Assembly (NCBI GenBank): GCA_965644265.1
Contig: OZ286469.1
Location: 38,688,001 to 38,752,000, forward strand
DNA from: Glycera tridactyla
Lineage: Eukaryota
Direction: 5' to 3'
DNA length: 64,000 nt
The notes beneath the pieces were generated by a model that was not told the origin of the DNA, made no database searches, and worked only from the letters and a program-made list of their open reading frames with translations. Of the stretch, positions 1-12,748 are shown in pieces (the stretch's first letter is position 1; the number at the start of each line of letters is the position of its first letter). Position numbers and translations under genes: made by a program.

Positions 1-54
1 ATCACCATGGCAACTGAATGCCACTCCTGAACACGCTCCCCATCCTGGGGATGT

Positions 55-231
55 TACAGTGAAGCCTGCAACAAGAGACCCCCTGACAAGACCACCTCTG
101 ACAGGAGATCACCTATGCAGGGCAGCTTTCTTATTTGATGAAGCCAAATTTACATGTGATGCAAGAATGCCTCTTTGAGAGTCCCTTTTTTGTAACATTT
201 AGGGCGGTATCTCATCACAGGTCTCAATGTA
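55..231. mobile_element. pogo/Tc1-like MITE, family A (TA-CAGTGAAACCTG termini)
   Basis: TAcagtgaagcctg ... caggtctcaatgTA, with internal GAGACC(A)CC/GGTGGTCTC motifs shared with other copies. Confidence 0.65.
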
Positions 232-336
232 CAAGTATGTTGCCTAAATTGTTGAAAACCATAAGAGCAGCCTATGATTAGACTATATATCACTAAAGAG
301 TGGTCTATCATCATCGGTGGTCTCTTGTCAGAGGTA

Positions 337-502
337 TACAGTAAAACCTCTTTTGTGAGACCATCCTAAATGCCAACAATAAGATGTCTCTCAAGAGAGG
401 TGGTCTCTCATTGGAGGTATATCCCATTATGTCAAATAGAGAAGAACCAATGAATAGCAGTCTTTCGAAAGAGGGCAGTCTCACAAAAGAGGTTTCACTA
501 TA
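337..502. mobile_element. Family A MITE
   Basis: TAcagtaaaacctcttttgtgagacc ... aaaagaggtttcacTATA; similar to the copies at 10986-11166 and 39072-39267. Confidence 0.65.
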
Positions 503-1300
503 TCAATTTGGAATAATGAAAGTGGTCTTCCCTCAGAGGTGGTCTCCTGTTGGGGGTGTCACTGGTCTGTCAGCAAACTAATTTATCAATTTAAACATTT
601 TCCAGGATACAGTGTCAACTCTGGCAAGAGATCCATTCTGGGGGAAAGCACCTGTTTGGAGTGACCCTTTTTACTTGGCAGTGTTGAACATGACTTTGAG
701 GAGAGACTGACTGTTTCTTAAGATTACATTTTCCTGTCACTGAGAACTGCGCGTTTTACATGTTTCACTCTGCTGGGCAGATGGGATGAAATTAAGCTAC
801 AGAGTCAAAATAACTTGATACTGTAAAGCAGATGCCACCCCTCTACATTATCATTAGCACACACAAACATGCACACACAATCTCTACCCCCCCCCCCCCC
901 CCCCCCAACACACAGCCCCCCCCCCCACCCCGACTGAATTTTTGGGGATGAGTGTCACAGGTGAAGAGGTGTGAACAACAGTCACAATCAGTCAACTGTT
1001 GGACTGTTATTCACAGTTCATGAGCGTGAGTAAGATTATGTCACACACAATCAGTCAACTGTGACGATTGATTTCATACAAGGACATCATCATCAAATAT
1101 TGCTGATCCACAGTTATATTATAATTTCTGAATACCTCCCTGATCCTCTATGAAAAAGTATATCACATCCACTATCATTGATATACAGAACATATCAAAA
1201 TTTTCATTCCATTAGTTGAAATCTGAGAGCCCAGCTTCAAACATACATTTCTCATCCACCTGGTTTCACCAATCATTTTTTCTGTCCCTTCAGATATATA

Positions 1301-1446
1301 CAGTCGCACACGAGTAGGAGAGACAGGTCACGGTCTCCTTCGAGTTTGGGCCGCCGTATCTACCGAGCCGCGCAGCGGCGAGGTAGATGCAAAGGGACAA
1401 ACGAGTAGGAGACAAGTGACCTGTCTCTTCTACGAGTGTGCGACTG
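1301..1446. mobile_element. MITE with ~31-bp TIRs
   Basis: cagtcgcacacgagtaggagagacaggtcac ... gtgacctgtctcttctacgagtgtgcgactg, preceded by TA; internal CGAGCCGCGCAGCGGCGAG palindrome. Confidence 0.7.
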
Positions 1447-1826
1447 TGTTTATCACATGCTATTTATCAATAAAGGTACCCATGAAAGACAATATTGTGT
1501 CTTTTGAATGAGAAAATTCAAGTTAAAGTGGATAGAATGAAAAGTTTGAACGTGTGCTCGAACCTCAAACCCTGGATTCTATCCTGGGTTATTTTCCATG
1601 GATGCTCTCTTTATAAAGATGATATTTTTATCATTGTTCGTCGCATCAGCGAACATTAAATGGGTGATCTTAAAAGAAGATTATATTTCTGTATTTTTCA
1701 CATCTTTTTTGTGCATTTTGCTTCGAATTCAGCGAAAATAAACGTGAAAAAAATAAGGTTAGTGTATAGACCAGGCAAGTGAGTGAAGCGCCACCAGCGG
1801 CGATGTAGAGAACTAGCGAGGCTAGC

Positions 1827-1882
1827 GCACTACGAGATACTGCACGCACTACGAGATACTGCACGTACTACGAGATACTGCT
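1827..1882. repeat. ~20-bp tandem repeat x3
   Basis: (g)cactacgagatactgcac repeated three times. Confidence 0.8.
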
Positions 1883-2026
1883 CACGATCTCTCACAGCAA
1901 GAGACAGGCCCGCAGGTGGCGGAGACGCGGTCCTAACATGTGATAAAATAGCTTGACACAGGTTTAGCTTTACAAGGAGACAAATATGATATTCCTGAAT
2001 GTGTGTGAAGAAATCTGCAGAATTCC

Positions 2027-2890
2027 CCACTACAATGAACCCTGTGATGAGAGACCACCCTGGATCTTACAAAAAACAGTCTCTGAAAAGAGGTGATCTC
2101 TTCTAGGAGGTACATTTGACTATACTACAGTCAAACCTGCATCAGCGGCCACCTGCGTATAGTGGCCACTCGCCGACTATGGCCACTCTCTACCGCGACC
2201 GTTGAAATTTCACTATAAATCACCTCTGTGTAGCGGCCAACCCCTGACTGCGGCCAGCAGCCACCATATTTGACTAACTTTCTAAGGAAACCCCGTCAAT
2301 AGCAGCCGCCAACATTTGAAATTGTTGATCAGTAATCTGGTAATCTGGGAAGGCGGCAGGGCTCGAAAGACACCCACTCACAGCTAATAGCGGCCATAAA
2401 CATGGAGAAAAGCCAATCGACACCATGCTCAATCAGTTGATAGAACAATGAAAACCGTTTTTGATAGCTGGTAGAGAGGCCAATTCGTGCCATACCTTGG
2501 TTATTTTTATGTTGTTTGCGCTTCTTTAATCACGATCTGGGGCCCATTGTTAGTAGTCAAAAGTAGGAGTTGGTCATGTGATCCGATCGGGTTCAAAATG
2601 TGTGTGTGTGTGTGTGTGTGTGTGTCGTCAACGCTATGGTTGTCAACTCGCTATCCCGTTGAATTGTTATACGCAGTTAGTCTGACACGGCCAAAAGCTC
2701 ACGAATTTTACAATTTCTGGTGAATAATAGCAATATTCGAATCTGCCTGTGTACAGTGGCCAATCCCCAACAACGGACACTCTCAGCCGCGACCGTCAAT
2801 GGCCGTTATGGGCAGGTCTGACTGTATGTTAAATGGAAAACTGCCCTGAAAAAGCGGTCTCTTATCAGGGATTCTATCTTCGCAGGAGTC
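2027..2890. mobile_element. Family A MITE interrupted by a ~700-bp pogo-like non-autonomous element (2128-2824)
   Basis: The host reads ...ggaggtacatttgacta | insert | tgttaaatggaaaa..., splitting the family-A central motif. The insert has TIRs cagtcaaacctgc / gcaggtctgactg with TA on both sides. Confidence 0.75.
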
Positions 2891-3469
2891 AAGGCCAATA
2901 TTTCCGTAGATGTAGATGTAGATGTATTATAATAGCTGAAAAACTGATTGATATGTACAATTGTTGAACCTACATCTCAAGCCAAATCCTTCATCACAAT
3001 TTACAAACGGGGTTCATAATCTGATTATATAGTCTTCTTGAATGATTTCAAATGTACACATAAACTCATGCAGGTACTCCCAGTAGCTATGGCTTTCAAA
3101 CTATCAATCGATTGTTCAAGTGTACCTATGTCTGATATTAATTTCACCTACTCTCTGATGAAATGAACCCCTGGCTCCCATCTATGTAAAGGTCAACCAA
3201 TATTTGCTGTCCTATTTGAACATGATTCTGGCTGTATAAGTCCCATCTATGCTTGTGTAAACAGACAGGAAAATGTGAAAGAAAATCAGTATTCCCACAA
3301 GTATGAATGGATTGCTATCCCCATCCTGATATTTACAAATTAAATAATTTAATATATAAAAACCTAATGAGTTAACCTACCTGTCATTTCTCAACTCTCT
3401 CACCCATGCTATGTTAATTCTTGGTGGGTTCTGGTCAGATGGAAGGCATTGGAACATTGGGCACTCTAT

Positions 3470-3650
3470 CAATTTATTTATTCATTTATCTGCTTGAGGT
3501 TTAACTGGCATGTATCAACACAGAGGATTATGTATGTTGTGTATTCCTGGCCAGTGAAAGCTGGATGTTCTGTCCCCTGCAGACATCACTTACGCTAACC
3601 CTGAACACAATATTATGGGGGACTTATTGTCCAGTGGGAGAAGCTGCACT
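3470..3650 (-). mobile_element. SINE-like family S fragment (3' end)
   Basis: Homologous to 23557-23825 and 46860-47370 (gaggtttaa-tggcatgta...cccctgcagacatcact...); ends in a simple-repeat tail. Confidence 0.55.
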
Positions 3651-3731
3651 TTGTCAAGGTTACTGATCTTCATTTGTAATGAAATTATTGATGATGACGT
3701 CATGATGGTGGCAGCAACTGCCGATTTGTCT

Positions 3732-3735
3732 GCCT

Positions 3736-3775
<40 letters not shown>
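3732..3775. repeat. (CCTG)n microsatellite
   Basis: Direct reading of the sequence. Confidence 0.95.
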
Positions 3776-4203
3776 AACAACGATGCTGATGCCACCATTT
3801 CCGCTGTCTCTGTCACCACCACCAACAATAATGATAGCTATATCATCTCAATCCCCAGCTAGATGTATGCATATCCTTTTCCCAGACCCATGTAAGCTTA
3901 ATCCATACCTAAATCCTGAGAGATCATATAGATTACATCATGGATTTAATTACCCCCNNNNNNNNNNNNNNNNNNNNNNNNNNNNNNNNNNNNNNNNNNN
4001 NNNNNNNNNNNNNNNNNNNNNNNNNNNNNNNNNNNNNNNNNNNNNNNNNNNNNNNNNNNNNNNNNNNNNNNNNNNNNNNNNNNNNNATCATCGCCCTGTT
4101 GCCTGTGTACCGTGTCACTATCTAGGAATTAATTTTGAAAAGTGTCTGTGTGCGTATGAATGTGAGACAGAGAGTGTGTGAATGTGCATACATGCATGTG
4201 TGT

Positions 4204-4373
4204 ATACTATGAGACCTGTGATGATAGAATGTCACCAAAAAGTGGTTTCTCAAAAGAGGTGAACCCTAGTCGAAGGTATATTTGTCTATGTCAAATGAAA
4301 AGCTGCCATGCAGAAGTGGTCCCCCGTTGGAGGTGGGTTCTCGTCGGGGTCCCCTGTTGCAGGTTTCACTGTA
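4204..4373. mobile_element. Family A MITE
   Basis: gagacctgtgatga ... gcaggtttcactgTA with the central ggtatatttgtctatgtcaaat motif. Confidence 0.65.
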
Positions 4374-4399
4374 CATGTGAATGTGTGCATATGCGTGCA

Positions 4400-4403
<4 letters not shown>

Positions 4404-4465
<62 letters not shown>
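4404..4465. repeat. (TG)n microsatellite
   Basis: Direct reading of the sequence. Confidence 0.97.
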
Positions 4466-4470
<5 letters not shown>

Positions 4471-4679
4471 GTGTATGCATGTGCAGTCATATGTGCAGTC
4501 ATATGTGGGCAGATGCATGGATGGGGCCTTTTCCTCACTGATTATCAGCCAAGAAAATGTCATGTGGGTGATACTGGAACCATTAGCATTCTCACAATGG
4601 ATTAATGGTCATGGCACCTGTGATGAGCAATCATGAGCTAATCAATAACCAGTGACAAACATTCCTTTTTTCATCAACT

Positions 4680-4870
4680 GTTTTCACTAAAGACTTTTTC
4701 AGCCACTCTCCCATTGGGAGAGCAGATTGGAAGAATCACTCTCCTGATAATAAATCCACTCTCCCTGATTTGAGTAAGTTGAAAAAGAAAATCAAGCTGA
4801 AATTAGATGGGAAGATGGTTGGGCTCACTCTCCCGTAATCCAATTCACTCTCCCTAGGATTCGGGAGAGT
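4680..4870 (-). mobile_element. Internally deleted copy of repeat family H (Helentron/HINE-like)
   Basis: Its two halves are reverse complements of the two ends of the 17144-17596 element and of the left end of 53990-54270. Confidence 0.5.
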
Positions 4871-5021
4871 TGCTATAATCTAAGATTGTATCAAGCTACA
4901 TAATTTGTCAATGAACCTGTGACCAGCAAACTCGTTTAGAGGAATCAAATTATCAGGAATTAAGATTGCTGCCATAATACTCCTAATCGAATTAAAATTC
5001 AAGGCAAAATATCACCCATAG

Positions 5022-5401
5022 TCAAACCTGTGAAGAGAGATCATCCAAATGTAACTGAGAAGCATTCCCATAAGAGGTGGTCTCCCGTCAGTGGTATATT
5101 TGATCATGTCAAATAAGAAGGCTCAGTGATGCATCTAAGAATTCACACTTTGAGGCATATTCAGCATCCACTCTCCAAAAAGTAGGGCCAATACAGGATG
5201 GAAATGGGTCAATATGATTGAAATCATGAGAAAAACCCTTGAAAACATGGGGTATCGTGGCCTCATTGAAATTCAAAAAGGGGCCAAAATGGAAAAAAAA
5301 ATGGGTCAAAAGGCTCAAAGGTCCCTCCTATATGCAGCACTGAGGCTGTCTTGAAAAAGCGGTCTCCCCTCAAAGTAGGTCTCTCATCACAGGTTCCAAT
5401 G
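5022..5401. mobile_element. Family A MITE carrying a 219-bp hAT-like insert (5124-5342, TSD AGGCT)
   Basis: Insert TIRs cagtgatgcat / atgcagcactg, flanked by AGGCT (5119-5123 and 5343-5347). Removing the insert restores the family-A middle section. Confidence 0.75.
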
Positions 5402-5779
5402 TATTTATAGCAATTAGGCTATGCCCACTGTCTACTGATTGCATTGAAGATAGAGTTTCAGTCTATCTATAGGAAATGGATGGATTGCAATTAGGTTGCA
5501 GTGATCCCGGGAATAAAAAGGATGTGATTAAGCTTGGAGTTTAATATGGCTGACATGTTTTGACAAGGTATTAAATGGCTTATCAACAACCCCAATGAAA
5601 CATGAATAAAGATCACCAACTCTAGAATGCCGCTTTTGAGAAACGTCATCAAAACATGACATAGTCTAAAACATTTCTGTTGTAACCACCTTTTTGTAAG
5701 ACCAATGGGATAGTGTGAAATTTTCATGTGATATGAGAGTGAAATATTTGATGTGAAGACAGATTACCACAATCGTGAC

Positions 5780-6000
5780 TCCAACAAAAACCTGTTCCCT
5801 ACATGATGGTTTTGTACATCCGTACATGTTTTATTCAAAAGAACAAACCTCAGGAAAAATGGATTGGTTGGACTTAGGTAGTCATTCACATGACATAAAA
5901 GTTGGAATTCATGTCTCGATAAGGTGTTTATTCACATGACTATCTTCCCCTGTAATTTCAGTTTGTTTTAATTCTTGAACTTGTGTAAATTCGGGAGACC
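5780..6000 (+). mobile_element. Internal fragment of repeat family H
   Basis: aaaaatggattggttggacttaggtagtcattcacatgac...agttggaattcatgtctcgataagg matches 17370-17450 and 54185-54260. Confidence 0.55.
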
Positions 6001-7659
6001 TGCTACTCGGTTTTTGGATTTGCCAGTCTCAAGTGACCCCTGGAGTTTTTGATGTGTAATGAGAGTCTCTGAGATGCTGGCTGTCTGATCAACAATGCTC
6101 AAGACCCACTCATATTTATGAAACCTGTGATAAGATACCGCCATAATTGCCATTGCGAAGTGGTCTCATACCTCAGGTGGTCTCATGCTGAAGATGTGTT
6201 AGACCATGACAAACCAAACAGAAAAGGAGGTTCCTAAAAAGGGATCAAAATGACATTGCTATTGGTTCCAAGACGATTCATGAGGAATAAACAATGTCTT
6301 ACTTTGGAACAATTGTTTTGAATGATTATACGACGTTTCGACAGCCCAACGTCGTATGATCGTTCCAATAAATGTTCCAAAGTAAGTCATTGTTTATTAA
6401 TCCTAAAAAGTGGTCTCTCAAAGCAAGTGGTTGTATCCTTGGGGTTTTGCATTATGGGTTTCCTGGTATATGTTTCTTGAAAAACACAGCTGGAGTGGTT
6501 GATATCCAGGAATTGTGGTCACACCAGGCAGGTCATACAACCACATATATGTAGTACAATAGTGACTGGCACACGCACATTCCACATTAGGAAAGCTGAC
6601 CCCGCTCTATTGAATGAGATCCAAACATAGTTTGACAGCCGTCTCTCCGATACACTGACCTACACCCACACTACACGCCCACCCATCCACCAACATATCC
6701 ATCATCACCGATGATAAACAAATGATGGGGAAGCTGGCCATGACAACCCTAGTGACATTCAACTGAAGACAACATATACCTGTAACTTCATCAAACTTTG
6801 ATTTCCAAACTGTCCGTAGCATAACACTCGTCATTTTGAAGCCGTGACGAATGTAGTGTTACTAGTAGAATATTCCAAATGCGATTTGATGTTGATTAGG
6901 CGTAATCGTGACGGTGTGACCGGGTGTCCATGGCGTAATCCGGTGAAATGATGGGTGGAGGGAGGTGAAGGGGGATGGATGACTCTAGGTGCAGGACTAT
7001 GCTGCACCATGCAACTCCAGGCGATAGACTGAGTGAGTGAGCATGCCTGGCTGACAGCGTTCAATGGAGTGTGACCGAGCATGGACTCCACGGCTACTTC
7101 TGAAGCATCCCCACCATCACCTCCTCCTACTTCCACACAGCAGGNNNNNNNNNNNNNNNNNNNNNNNNNNNNNNNNNNNNNNNNNNNNNNNNNNNNNNNN
7201 NNNNNNNNNNNNNNNNNNNNNNNNNNNNNNNNNNNNNNNNNNNNNNNNNNNNNNNNNNNNNNNNNNNNNNNNNNNNNNNNNNNAGGCACACAGTACTCAG
7301 CCTGACCTATCCACTTCTTAACCATTCCTTTCTAGAGCAACCACAATTCATTATCATAGAATAAGGTGAGGTGACCTGGGTGCACCACTCATTTGTTCCT
7401 GATGAACCAACTTGCCAACTATGGAAAATGTATGGGGCTGCTGGGCACATGGATACCGCTCCCACTTGCCATTTTTCCAACAGTTAGGTGCAGTCACTCC
7501 GGTTCTCAACTGAGCAGTACTGTTTACTACAGTGAGCAGGGCTCCTCCTCGGATGGGTAACCAACATGGACAAGGTCCACCATTCCATACCGGACCTGCA
7601 CCATTACACAGATCTGTATGATCTGCGCTACTAAGGAGGCACTTCGGTGTGGAGGTAAC

Positions 7660-7905
7660 TGAGTGAAACCTCTGTACTCCACCACTTCACTTCAACCAGG
7701 TGTGAATGGGTAATTGGCATATAGGCAGTGATGGTGGATGTAGAGTGCTTAGCCCATGCAGTTAACTCTGTGTCTGTGGTTGTATACTCCCCAGGTAGAT
7801 GAGAAAGGCTCAAACTTGAACAGGCCTGCCAAGGAATGTATTTGTAAAGTCGGCAGAGCTCAATGAGGAACCAGACTCTAAACCATTACATTTACATTTT
7901 ACATC
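7660..7905 (+). mobile_element. Nin/Deu-domain SINE-like remnant
   Basis: ttcaaccaggtgtgaatgggta...gtgcttagcccatg...tgtatactccccaggtagatgagaa...gaacaggcctgcc...tgtaaag resembles the Nin/Deu SINE central domain as I recall it; (cattt)-type tail. Confidence 0.55.
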
Positions 7906-8336
7906 AGTCATATTGTGGATTCTATGCATACAACCCCTTTTCAGGCACTAATAGATTGTGAATGTTCATCTATTCCAATATGATCAGAGGGATTAACATG
8001 AGTCACTCCCCCCCCCCCCCCCCCCCACTACCACCCCAGAATGGATTATGATCTTTCCTGATCACACATAAAGATCGTGACAAACTACACCATAAGCTGG
8101 TTCTAGTTGACTAATCCTCTGACAGATTAGCTCAGTCAAACATTAAGCATTCACAATGATTTCAGCTCCTTGTACATCATATATGGATTTGCTGACCTAT
8201 GCATATTCCACATAGGGTAATGTCTAAAAGTTACAACACTCGGGTGCAACATTTCAATGAGAATACTGTTGCGACTAGAGCACAGGTAGTCTAACATCGA
8301 CTCCAAAATGTGATGAAAGGATGCTTTTCAACTTCA

Positions 8337-8501
8337 TACAGAGACCGCCCTAAATGTCACCCAAAAATGGTCTCGAAAAAGGTGGTCTCTCATCGGAGGT
8401 ATATTTGACTATGTCAAATAGGGAAGTTGCCCTGTGCAAGTGGTCTCCTGTCGTAGGTGGTCTCCCGTCGTAGGTGGTTTCTCGTCGCAGGTTTCACTGT
8501 A
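8337..8501. mobile_element. Family A MITE
   Basis: gagaccgccctaaatgtcac...ggaggtatatttgactatgtcaaata...tandem ggtggtctc-gtcg repeats...caggtttcactgTA. Confidence 0.75.
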
Positions 8502-9102
8502 GTACTTTCAAACTGGGATTACTCTCATTCTTTATACTAATTTTGGTCTCACTTAAACTTATGTGAAATGAGTACCTAACCCATTGGTCAACTGTCACAG
8601 GGAATTACATCATACCCAACTCCCAGGTGTCACAGTACATTCATCCTCAATGGCCCTCATTGGTGTTGCAAAACCATTCAAGAGTGGACGCCTTCATCCA
8701 CTTGAGCACCATTCAATCACGAGAGAGGCTCCCTCAAGACATTATGAAAGCATACAAAAGATACCAAAATATAGGGCTCAAACTTCAAAATTACTGTTCA
8801 CAATCATTTCCAAAAGGAATCAACAGAAAAATCCATGTGACAAGGACATTGTAGGTAGCATGTACAGTGAAACTTGCAATGAGAGACCACCCCAAATAAC
8901 CGAAAAATGCAGTATTACATAGTAAGGTGATAGGGATCCAACTACAGTCTTGCTCATCATGGTTTATAGCACATCACAAGTTTGCTCACAGCAGGTTATA
9001 CTGTAGTCATTTAGACACAGTGGCGTATTCGACAGGATACCCCCCGATGTGAGACCACCTCTAATGGGAGACTACTTCCTCATTGTAGCGTTTCTATTCG
9101 GG

Positions 9103-9545
9103 AAAGACTGTCAAGTCAAATCGTGGTGGGTATGTTTTTCGCCCTATCATTGTGAATTTGCAACGGATTTAAACGAAACAGACTGACAGACATTGTTGAC
9201 GTCTCCGGCAATAGAAAATGTAATCTGGGTTAAGTTCCCTTGTATATTTCACATTTGAGTGCCAAATATGTCACTTTCACACTGGTTTTGTGGCAAGTGT
9301 AGCGGCCGTATCCCATTATTACAATACAAAAATTCACCAATAATGCCGGCGGATTGGCCCAAAAAATCAAATGAAATGATGGCGTGATCCTTGTCAAAAG
9401 TATGCAGCCTAGATGAAAATAGGTTCGATAGTCCCCGGAAGACCTATACAACACATTCGTGCCATTAAAACTCAGATCAGATGAAAGATGGTGAATTTAA
9501 TAAAATATACTTTTTTTATGGGGCCCGCCTTATGGTGACATTTAA
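9103..9545 (-). mobile_element. Diverged inverted copy of the 33476-33865 TIR element (Kolobok-like)
   Basis: The reverse complement of 9300-9450 aligns by eye with 33565-33725, and the left end aaagactgtcaag...tgggtatgttttt matches the TIR. Confidence 0.55.
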
Positions 9546-10985
9546 GGCAATCTCTCTCCACACAGCTCATTGCATTTCTTCTTCTAGACACATGCGTTGG
9601 GAAAATTAAAGTCAACTGAACATATAAGTTGAACCTGTCTACAAAGATCACCCTTGGTTGCATAAAGAAGTGGCCTTTATAGAGGGGAGGCATTTTGAAG
9701 AGAGATCATTCACTGTACAAGACATCATCATGTACAGTCACAGCTTTGTAGGCAGATGACCTTGGCATAGAGGTCCCTTGAACAGGTTTGACGGTAGCAC
9801 CATACAGGGTTAGTGCTTTCTTGAACTCTCCACCTGTGTACTGAATTGTGGATAATGAACATCTAACATCTACATGTGACCTGGTCAGTGTGGGCATACG
9901 TGGGTGTTGTAACCATTTCCTGCCCATATCAATTTCTCATCTGCCACAGCTATTCAATCATCATACAGCTTAAATACATGACAAGAATGGACTTCTCAAT
10001 GATTCTGGTCACCATTCACTCCCAAATAGTTCACATTGTCTGCCTACTCTTGTAGCCTGGGTCTGAAAATAGTCCAAACATTCACTTACAATTGTGGAAT
10101 ATCTGGCATTTCAAGGGTCAATGGTTAACTCGGATCTATTCATAGAAAGCAATCAACCTGAGAGGGTCGTTCTGACACAGCTGAACGGTTCTGACACACC
10201 TCAATGATTGGACCCGAGTCACTGTCTGTCTGTCTGTCTGTCTGTCTGTCCATCTATCTGAAGATGTGACTTGCTCAACCATATGGTCTATCCTTGTGGC
10301 ATGACAGCAAGATGAAGTATGGTACAAAACATATGAGGTGAGAGGTGAGACAATTTAGTCAGAAATCTATTTGGTGCCCATTCTGCTGATCAATTTTACC
10401 ATAGGTGGAATAGAATTTTGGCGTTGATGTCCCATCACCCATGAAAGAAGAGGAGACCCTAGTGTCTAATCTCAATTCCTGGTGAGCTGATCACAAAATG
10501 TGAAATCTTCATTTTCTTTCGACATTTTATGCGATTAAAATATGGAATGAGTCCAGATTAGAATATAAAGTGAAACTTTCATGCTTTACCCTTAAGTCTC
10601 TCACTGCGAAATATGAGATATGAATGGGTTCTTTCGTTCCATGTGCAGGTCAGCAAGAAGGTCAGATTCCAGAACAGATTGCACCTTCTTTGTGACCCCG
10701 TTTTTTTGTGAATATCTTTGAGATTTCCAGGAATTTAGGACACTTGCCCATCACCGGATCGACTGCACTTAGGATGTAGGATATTTTCAGATAGGAGAGG
10801 TGCTTGGCAGGATGTCCTGGTAATATGAGTGGTGTATTCTGCTGTGTTGTCATTGTGTCTTTATCGTATCATTGATAATCTTGATAGGCTGATTAGTGCC
10901 ATTTATGTTTCCGTTTAACTGACCCACCCTCGTCTTCCTGATCCGATTTTCATCCATGTACTTCTTCAATACAAATGAGGGGAAT

Positions 10986-11166
10986 ACTGAGAATCCTCTC
11001 TTGGGAGAATGCCCTAAATACCAACCACAAGCGGTCTCTCAAAAGAGGTGGTCTCTCATTGGAGGTGTATTTGACTATGCCAAATAGAAATAAACCAATG
11101 AATGGCAGTTGCTCAAAAGAGGACAGGATCCCAAAAGAGGGGTCTCTCAAAATAGGTTTCATTGTA
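10986..11166. mobile_element. Family A MITE
   Basis: Central ggaggtgtatttgactatgccaaata; ends aaataggtttcattgTA. Confidence 0.65.
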
Positions 11167-11845
11167 TGAGAGAGANNNNNNNNNNNNNNNNNNNNNNNNN
11201 NNNNNNNNNNNNNNNNNNNNNNNNNNNNNNNNNNNNNNNNNNNNNNNNNNNNNNNNNNNNNNNNNNNNNNNNNNNNNNNNNNNNNNNNNNNNNNNNNNNN
11301 NNNNNNNNNNNNCAAGCAAGTGAGCCAGAAAGAGAGGGATAGAGAGAGAGATGGACAGGAGTGAGAGTGCAAGGAAAATATGAGACAAAAAGAGACAGAT
11401 AGCGGGGAGAGAGGTACCTGGCATGGGTCCTTTATTGAATAGTGGCCATGAAACCACCACAATGATCCCAATGAAAACACAGCACAATATTTGCCAGACT
11501 CTTGACTATTGAACCAATTTAGCAGTTCTTGACAGCATGTTTTTCGCACTCCAGTACTGGGTGCGCCAAGTGTTTGAAAGATTGCATCATCAGCAAATAA
11601 TCATGACACAGACACGCAGGGCTCAACATTGACTTCTCCTTCAGCTGTTCTTGAACAGGTGAAGTCCGATTTTCACCTGCCCTTACTGGGATTTTCGTCT
11701 GCCCTTCTTCATATGAATCTGGACTGCATAATGGTTATGTACCTGACCATTGTCCAAGCAGACTGATGAAACACTTGCGGCAACAATAAATAGGCCTGTC
11801 TGTGCCAGTGGGGCATGCGTTAGCATAGAGACCTGTGACAAGTCC

Positions 11846-12023
11846 AGTCTGACCTGTCCTAAGCACCCACTCTACTAGTCAGCCACCTGCCCTAAGCAGC
11901 CACTTTTGAATTTCCCACCGGAGGTTTTTTCTAATATCATTAACCTGCTCTCAGCAGCCACCTGTCCTAAGCCGACACTTTTTGCCTTCCCCAAGGGTGG
12001 CTGCTTAGAGCAGGTAAGACTGT
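11846..12023. mobile_element. pogo-like MITE, family B
   Basis: cagtctgacctgtcctaagc ... gcttagagcaggtaagactgTA; a related copy lies at 43443-43614. Confidence 0.65.
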
Positions 12024-12308
12024 ACAGTGAAACACTGAGACAACGTCTCTGTTGCAATGGTTGCACCAATATTGACGAGAGACCACCTTCTTGGAAGACT
12101 TTATTTGATCAATAGTAGTTTAAATGAGACACCATCTGTTTCATGATAACTGGTCATCAAGTAGATCCCTTGTGTAATCAGATTTTGTGTCAAGATTCTC
12201 TATATAATTATTCTCTTCCATGAAAATAGATGAACATGCATCAAAGACCAAAAGGCTTAAAACACCATCCAATATTCAGACCCTGGCAGCATTTGCACTA
12301 TATACCTC

Positions 12309-12748
12309 CTACAACAACCTCTTGCCTACAAAGCCCACTTTCTCGGGTGTCTATGGATGGTCCATGGATGGTCTTTATATCTTTCTACAACAACCTCTTG
12401 CCTACAAAGCCCACTTTCTTGGGTGTCTATGGATGGTCCATGGATGGTCTTTATTTCTTTCTACAACAACCTCTTGCCTACAAAGCCCACTTTCTTGGGT
12501 GTCTATGGATGGTCCATGGATGGTCTTTATATCTTTCTACAACAACCTCTTGCCTACAAAGCCCACTTTCTTGGGTGTCTATGGATGGTCCATGGAGGGT
12601 CTTTATACCTTTCTACAACAACCTCTTGCCTACAAAGCCCACTTTCTCGGGTGTCTATGGATGGTCCATGGATGGTCTTTATACCTTTCAACAACAACCT
12701 CTTGCCTACAAAGCCCACTTTCTCGAGTGTCTATGGATGGTCTTTACA
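12309..12748. repeat. 76-bp minisatellite, ~5.8 copies
   Basis: Unit ctacaacaacctcttgcctacaaagcccactttcttgggtgtctatggatggtccatggatggtctttatatcttt starts at 12309, 12385, 12461, 12537, 12613 and 12689. Confidence 0.97.

Noticed and set aside
4178-4636. ORFs with (CV)n or (HT)n tracts
   Set aside because: Translations of the (TG)n microsatellite and a MITE.
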